From NCBI GenBank assembly GCA_026418655.1, contig JAOAAW010000134.1:1-37518 (forward strand): DNA of 37,518 bases, read 5' to 3'. How positions within the stretch are numbered: the stretch's first letter is position 1; each line of letters opens with the position of its first letter. The notes under the pieces are model-generated. The model was not told the origin of the DNA and made no database searches. It saw only the letters and a program-made list of their open reading frames with translations. This stretch comes from a bacterium (GTDB taxonomy: Bacteria; Ratteibacteria; UBA8468; B48-G9; DTJG01). Made by a program: the position numbers and the translations under genes. Shown piece by piece: positions 33,976-37,518 of this stretch.

Positions 33976-34823
33976 TGAGATGGAGTAAATATGGTGAGAA
34001 TCTTTGTAAGGGTTTGTTTTAACTGGCTTCTTGGAACCACTGCATCAAGCATTCCGTGTTCAAATAAAAATTCTGACCTTTGAAAGCCAGGTGGAAGTTT
34101 TTGTTTTATTGTTTGCTCAATAACTCTTGGACCTGCAAACCCAATCAATGCCTTTGGTTCTGCCAGAAGTATATCTCCGAGAAAGGCAAAACTCGCTGCA
34201 ACTCCACCCATTGTCGGGTCTGTCAGGACAGAAATATAAAGAGTTTTCGTTTTTCGTAATTTTTGTACAACCTGCGAAGTCTTTACCATCTGCATAAGGG
34301 AAATAAGTCCTTCATACATTCTTGCACCGCCACCGCCACCACATATAGAAACAATCGGTTTCTTTTCTGCCATTGCAAGTTCACATGCCCTTACAAACTT
34401 TTCACCAACGACCGAACCCATACTTCCCATTATAAAATTACTGTCAAGTATTGAAAGAACCACCGGTATTTTGCCAATAACAGCCCTGCCATAAACAAGT
34501 GCTTCATTAAGACCTGTTTTTTTCATATCTTCTTCAAGTTTTTCTTTGTATGTCTTTGGTCCCCTGAATTCAAGGGGATCAGTAGAAACCATATCTGCGT
34601 CAAGTTCTTCAAAAGTATCTGGCTCAACCACCAGATTTATCCATTCTTTTGCTGTTAACCGGAAATGATAACCACAATTTGGACAGACCTTGAAATTTTC
34701 TTTCAGCTTGCCTTCGTAAATAAGTTTATTGCAATCAGGACACTTCTGCCACAAATCTTTCTTAATATCAGGGGCTTCTTTTGGCTTTATCGGTATGTAT
34801 CTTTTTTTGTGTCTGAATATCAT
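33972..34823 (-). CDS. accD: Acetyl-CoA carboxylase carboxyltransferase beta subunit
   Basis: 283 aa. N-terminal C4 zinc ribbon CPDCNKLIYEGKLKENFKVCPNCGYHFRL. GSMGSVVGEKF and CGGGGARMYEG. ATGA overlap with folC. Confidence 0.95.
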   Translation of the reverse strand: MIFRHKKRYIPIKPKEAPDIKKDLWQKCPDCNKLIYEGKLKENFKVCPNCGYHFRLTAKEWINLVVEPDTFEELDADMVSTDPLEFRGPKTYKEKLEEDMKKTGLNEALVYGRAVIGKIPVVLSILDSNFIMGSMGSVVGEKFVRACELAMAEKKPIVSICGGGGGARMYEGLISLMQMVKTSQVVQKLRKTKTLYISVLTDPTMGGVAASFAFLGDILLAEPKALIGFAGPRVIEQTIKQKLPPGFQRSEFLFEHGMLDAVVPRSQLKQTLTKILTIFTPSQ

Positions 34824-35695
34824 TATAAAAGTCCGTATTGTTTCAAAATGTTTTCAAGTTTTCTCAATGTCTCTTCTGATGGCGGAGTGAGCGGCATCCT
34901 GAGTTCAAGATTGATCATTTTCATCAAATACAGACAACCCTTTACTGGAATTGGATTTGTTTCAATGAAAAGCGCCTTGAAAAGATTAAAAAGTTTAATG
35001 TGCATTTTTTGTGCTTCCTGCCATTTGTCTGATAATGCCGCGTGCACCATATTTTTTAACTGTGCAGGTATAATGTTTGCCGCAACAGAGATGACCCCTT
35101 TTCCTCCAACTGACATTATTGGTAATGTCATTGAATCATCACCAGAAAGAACAACGAAGTCCTCTCTGCAGAGTGAAATAATCTTGCTAACCTGGTCCAA
35201 GCTTCCACTTGCTTCTTTTATAGCAACAATATTTTTTATCTCTGAAAGCCGTGCCACTGTTTCTGGAAGTATTGAAATTCCTGTCCATGAAGGCACATTG
35301 TAAAGTATTATTGGTATATCAACCTGTTCTGCTATTTGTTTATAGTGTCTGTAAAGACCCTCAGGTACTGGCTTCTTGTAATATGGGGTGATGATGAGCG
35401 CACCATCGCAACCGGCTTTTTTTGCATATTCTGTTAATTCCAGTGCCTCTGCAGTTGAATTTGAACCGGTTCCTGCGATCACAGGCACTCTTTTGTTAAC
35501 TATTTCAAGGGTGTAATCTATGACCTGTTTGTGTTCCTCGTGGGTAAGGGTTGCTGCTTCTCCTGTACAACCAACAGGAACTATGGCATCTGTTCCGTTT
35601 GAAATCTGAAATTCTATTAATTTTCTAAAACTGTCCCTGTCAAACTTTCCATCTTTGAAAGGTGTTACAATCGCGACGATTGACCCTTTGAACAT
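34823..35695 (-). CDS. dapA: 4-hydroxy-tetrahydrodipicolinate synthase
   Basis: The ORF track starts at 35713. The ATG at 35695, 4 nt after GGGAGG, gives MFKGSIVAIVTPF..., 290 aa. GCTGEAATLTHEEH and the Schiff-base lysine context VAIKEASG are present. TAATG overlap with accD. Confidence 0.95.
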   Translation of the reverse strand: MFKGSIVAIVTPFKDGKFDRDSFRKLIEFQISNGTDAIVPVGCTGEAATLTHEEHKQVIDYTLEIVNKRVPVIAGTGSNSTAEALELTEYAKKAGCDGALIITPYYKKPVPEGLYRHYKQIAEQVDIPIILYNVPSWTGISILPETVARLSEIKNIVAIKEASGSLDQVSKIISLCREDFVVLSGDDSMTLPIMSVGGKGVISVAANIIPAQLKNMVHAALSDKWQEAQKMHIKLFNLFKALFIETNPIPVKGCLYLMKMINLELRMPLTPPSEETLRKLENILKQYGLL

Positions 35696-35755
35696 AGAAC
35701 CTCCCAGATACAATAATAATACACCAGTATTGGCGATAAAGTCAAACCTGTCCTG

Positions 35756-37249
35756 TTAAAACTGGGTGAGCCATAACGGAAGTGGGTCTGCCATCAGATG
35801 ATACCTTGCTGCCAGACGCCATAGCATTTCTTCCTTGATAGTTCTGAATGAACTATCTCTGTAAAGATTTTTTGTCTCGTCCGGATCTTCTTCAAGATTG
35901 AATAACTGTCCGTATTGGATGCCTGCTTCTGGATACAGATTAAGTTTCCATTTTTTGGTTCTCATTGTAATTGTAGCAGTATATGGGCCATGAAGTTTGT
36001 TAAATATTGGTTTAATACTATACATTTCTGAATATATATCGTCCCTTCCAATAACATCATTGCTGACAATTTTGCCTGACCAATCTATCCCTTGAAGGCC
36101 TGGGTTTGGCGGCATTCCCAAAAAACCCAGTAGTGTTGGATAGATATCAACAAGTTCAACAAGCCCATCAATACATTTTCTACTGTTATTTTTTGGCAAT
36201 TTAATAAAAAGTGGCACCCTTATTAATTCATCATAATGAATAGATGGCTTGCGCAACAAACCATGATTTCCGAGAAATTCTCCGTGATCAGAACAAAAAA
36301 CAATAATTGTATCTTTGTATTGGCCTGTATCCTTCAACTCCCTTATAAGCATTCCAACACAATCATCTATCAAACTGATGCTTGCATAATAATGAAGAAT
36401 AATTCTTCGCTGAATTTCTGCACTGTATTTCTTCATCTCTCCAACTGCACTTTTTGCTGGTTCAGGTATAAAAGAAGCATCAATTCCATCTTTTTCCTGT
36501 GGCAAAGGAATGTCTTTCACATCATACCTTTCAATCTGGTCCTGTGGTGCTTCAAAAGGATGGTGTGGTGCAATAAAGGAACAAAAGATAAACCATGGGT
36601 TTTCATCTTTCCATTTTCTGATAAAAGTTGCTGCCTGACTTGAAATAAATGCTGTGTGATGGGCTTCTGATGGATACGGAGAAATAAAAAGGTCCCCTGG
36701 TCCTTCCTCTGAAAATCTCTCTGGCTCTTTATTAAAAAGTTCAGGGTAATTATCCTCTACCCATCTGTGGTAGTTTCCTTTAAGAATATCTTCACAGCCA
36801 AAGTACTCTTCAAAACCATAGTTTTCTTTCATTGGATCGTCTGGAATAGCAACCATTCTTGCATCATCAGCAAATCTTCGCCAATCAATAATTGGTACAT
36901 CACTTTTGAGTACATCTCTTGTATACTGTTCAGGTGTAAAATGAAGTTTCCCAGCACATGCAGTGTGATAGCCATTTCTTCTGAGAAATTCTGAGAAAGT
37001 TGTTTCAGAAGATGGAAGTATTCCCATTCCTCTGACTTTTATTGTTGACGGGTATCTACCTGTAAACAATGACGCCCTTGAAGCCATGCAGGCAGGACTC
37101 TGGCAAAACGCATTTGTAAAAACAATTCCTTCGGCAGCAAACCCATCAAGATTCGGGGTCTGAACGATACCATTACCCATAAAACCAAGGCAGTCAGCAC
37201 GAAGCTGGTCTGCCATAATCCATAAAATATTAGGTTTATTTGTATTCAA
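35756..37249 (-). CDS. Formylglycine-dependent sulfatase with a C-x-A-x-R motif, no signal peptide
   Basis: 497 aa. PNILWIMADQLR, CMASRASLFTGR, AGKLHF, FCSDHGEFLGNHG. The TTG start at 37249 is required because the conserved first strand (KPNILWIM) precedes the first ATG. That TTG overlaps the upstream stop (TTGA). Confidence 0.9.
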   Translation of the reverse strand: MNTNKPNILWIMADQLRADCLGFMGNGIVQTPNLDGFAAEGIVFTNAFCQSPACMASRASLFTGRYPSTIKVRGMGILPSSETTFSEFLRRNGYHTACAGKLHFTPEQYTRDVLKSDVPIIDWRRFADDARMVAIPDDPMKENYGFEEYFGCEDILKGNYHRWVEDNYPELFNKEPERFSEEGPGDLFISPYPSEAHHTAFISSQAATFIRKWKDENPWFIFCSFIAPHHPFEAPQDQIERYDVKDIPLPQEKDGIDASFIPEPAKSAVGEMKKYSAEIQRRIILHYYASISLIDDCVGMLIRELKDTGQYKDTIIVFCSDHGEFLGNHGLLRKPSIHYDELIRVPLFIKLPKNNSRKCIDGLVELVDIYPTLLGFLGMPPNPGLQGIDWSGKIVSNDVIGRDDIYSEMYSIKPIFNKLHGPYTATITMRTKKWKLNLYPEAGIQYGQLFNLEEDPDETKNLYRDSSFRTIKEEMLWRLAARYHLMADPLPLWLTQF

Positions 37250-37487
37250 TTTTCCATAAATGCGAGGTTTTCTTTTTTCGCAATATCTTCTGGAACAATC
37301 ACATCTGTTGGCCGCACGAATAAAATATTGGGAATATTAAAGAAATAAAATGTCCCTGATAAAAAGTCCACACAGGACCAGACCTTACCATCCATCCCTT
37401 CAGGCACAGAAATCTTTTGATATGAACCATCTGCTTTTATTGACCTTGGATGATGGTATATGGGTTTATCTTCACCAACCCATATTC
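37246..37487 (-). CDS. C-terminal 79 codons of an unknown protein (N-terminus beyond the contig end)
   Basis: Hand translation gives ...IWVGEDKPIYHHPRSIKADGSYQKISVPEGMDGKVWSCVDFLSGTFYFFNIPNILFVRPTDVIVPEDIAKKENLAFMEN*. The frame is open from the adapter junction to the TGA at 37248-37246. Not in the ORF track because it has no start in the window. Confidence 0.6.
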
Positions 37488-37518
37488 CTGTCTCTTATAC
37501 ACATCTCCGAGCCCACGA
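37488..37518. other. Nextera/Tn5 mosaic-end adapter remnant (sequencing artefact, not biological sequence)
   Basis: CTGTCTCTTATACACATCT followed by CCGAGCCCACGA matches, base for base, the Nextera transposase adapter CTGTCTCTTATACACATCTCCGAGCCCACGAGAC. Confidence 0.92.

Noticed and set aside
34665-35303. A 212-aa plus-strand ORF. Similar long antisense ORFs lie at 12741..13196, 33455..33901, 21148..21537 and 25468..25881.
   Set aside because: Each lies antisense within a confidently identified gene (dapA, AKR, folC, GDH, the 791-aa protein). They have low-complexity or Cys/Phe-rich composition and no Shine-Dalgarno site, which is typical of AT-rich shadow frames.
1-37518. A search for CRISPR repeats, tRNA/rRNA genes, IS elements, integrases, toxin-antitoxin pairs and known defence-system signatures.
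   Set aside because: Spacers between genes are 3-138 nt, apart from the MATE scar, with no periodic repeats or cloverleaf-sized conserved segments. No ORF shows transposase, integrase, nuclease-helicase or other defence hallmarks that I can recognise by eye.

Overview
AT-rich, very gene-dense (about 96% coding by my count) contig, probably from a metagenome. A Nextera adapter remnant sits at the 3' end. I call 26 CDS, two of them cut by the window edges, plus one decayed MATE transporter remnant. I saw no rRNA, tRNA, CRISPR array, transposase or integrase. Shine-Dalgarno sites (AGGAGG, AAGGAG, GGGGG) and Sec-type signal peptides point to a diderm-type bacterium; I cannot assign a taxon from sequence alone.

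The content looks like a sulfated-glycan or amino-sugar catabolic neighbourhood:
- two formylglycine-type sulfatases without signal peptides
- two large secreted glycoside-hydrolase-like proteins
- two large cytoplasmic alpha/alpha-toroid-like proteins
- two Gfo/Idh/MocA oxidoreductases
- an aldo/keto reductase and an EamA transporter

Several components are unexpected in that setting: a tandem ADP-ribosylglycohydrolase-fold protein, three URO-D/MtaA-like paralogues, a DUF4910-like/winged-helix/AAC(3) fusion protein, and two paralogous secreted coiled-coil proteins. A housekeeping run (dapA-accD-folC) and a large NAD-glutamate dehydrogenase are embedded among them.

The best candidates for something undescribed are the coupled operon at 4752-9850 (duplicated alpha/beta-hydrolase, half-dead tandem ARH, URO-D-like) and the 910-aa fusion at 16859-19591. 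Neither is a proven system. All functional calls rest on motifs read by eye and recalled family knowledge; no database search was run.

Several ORF-track starts were moved to Shine-Dalgarno-supported starts (11120, 22683, 26749, 35695). One gene (5058..6698) clearly codes about 100 codons upstream of its first canonical start.
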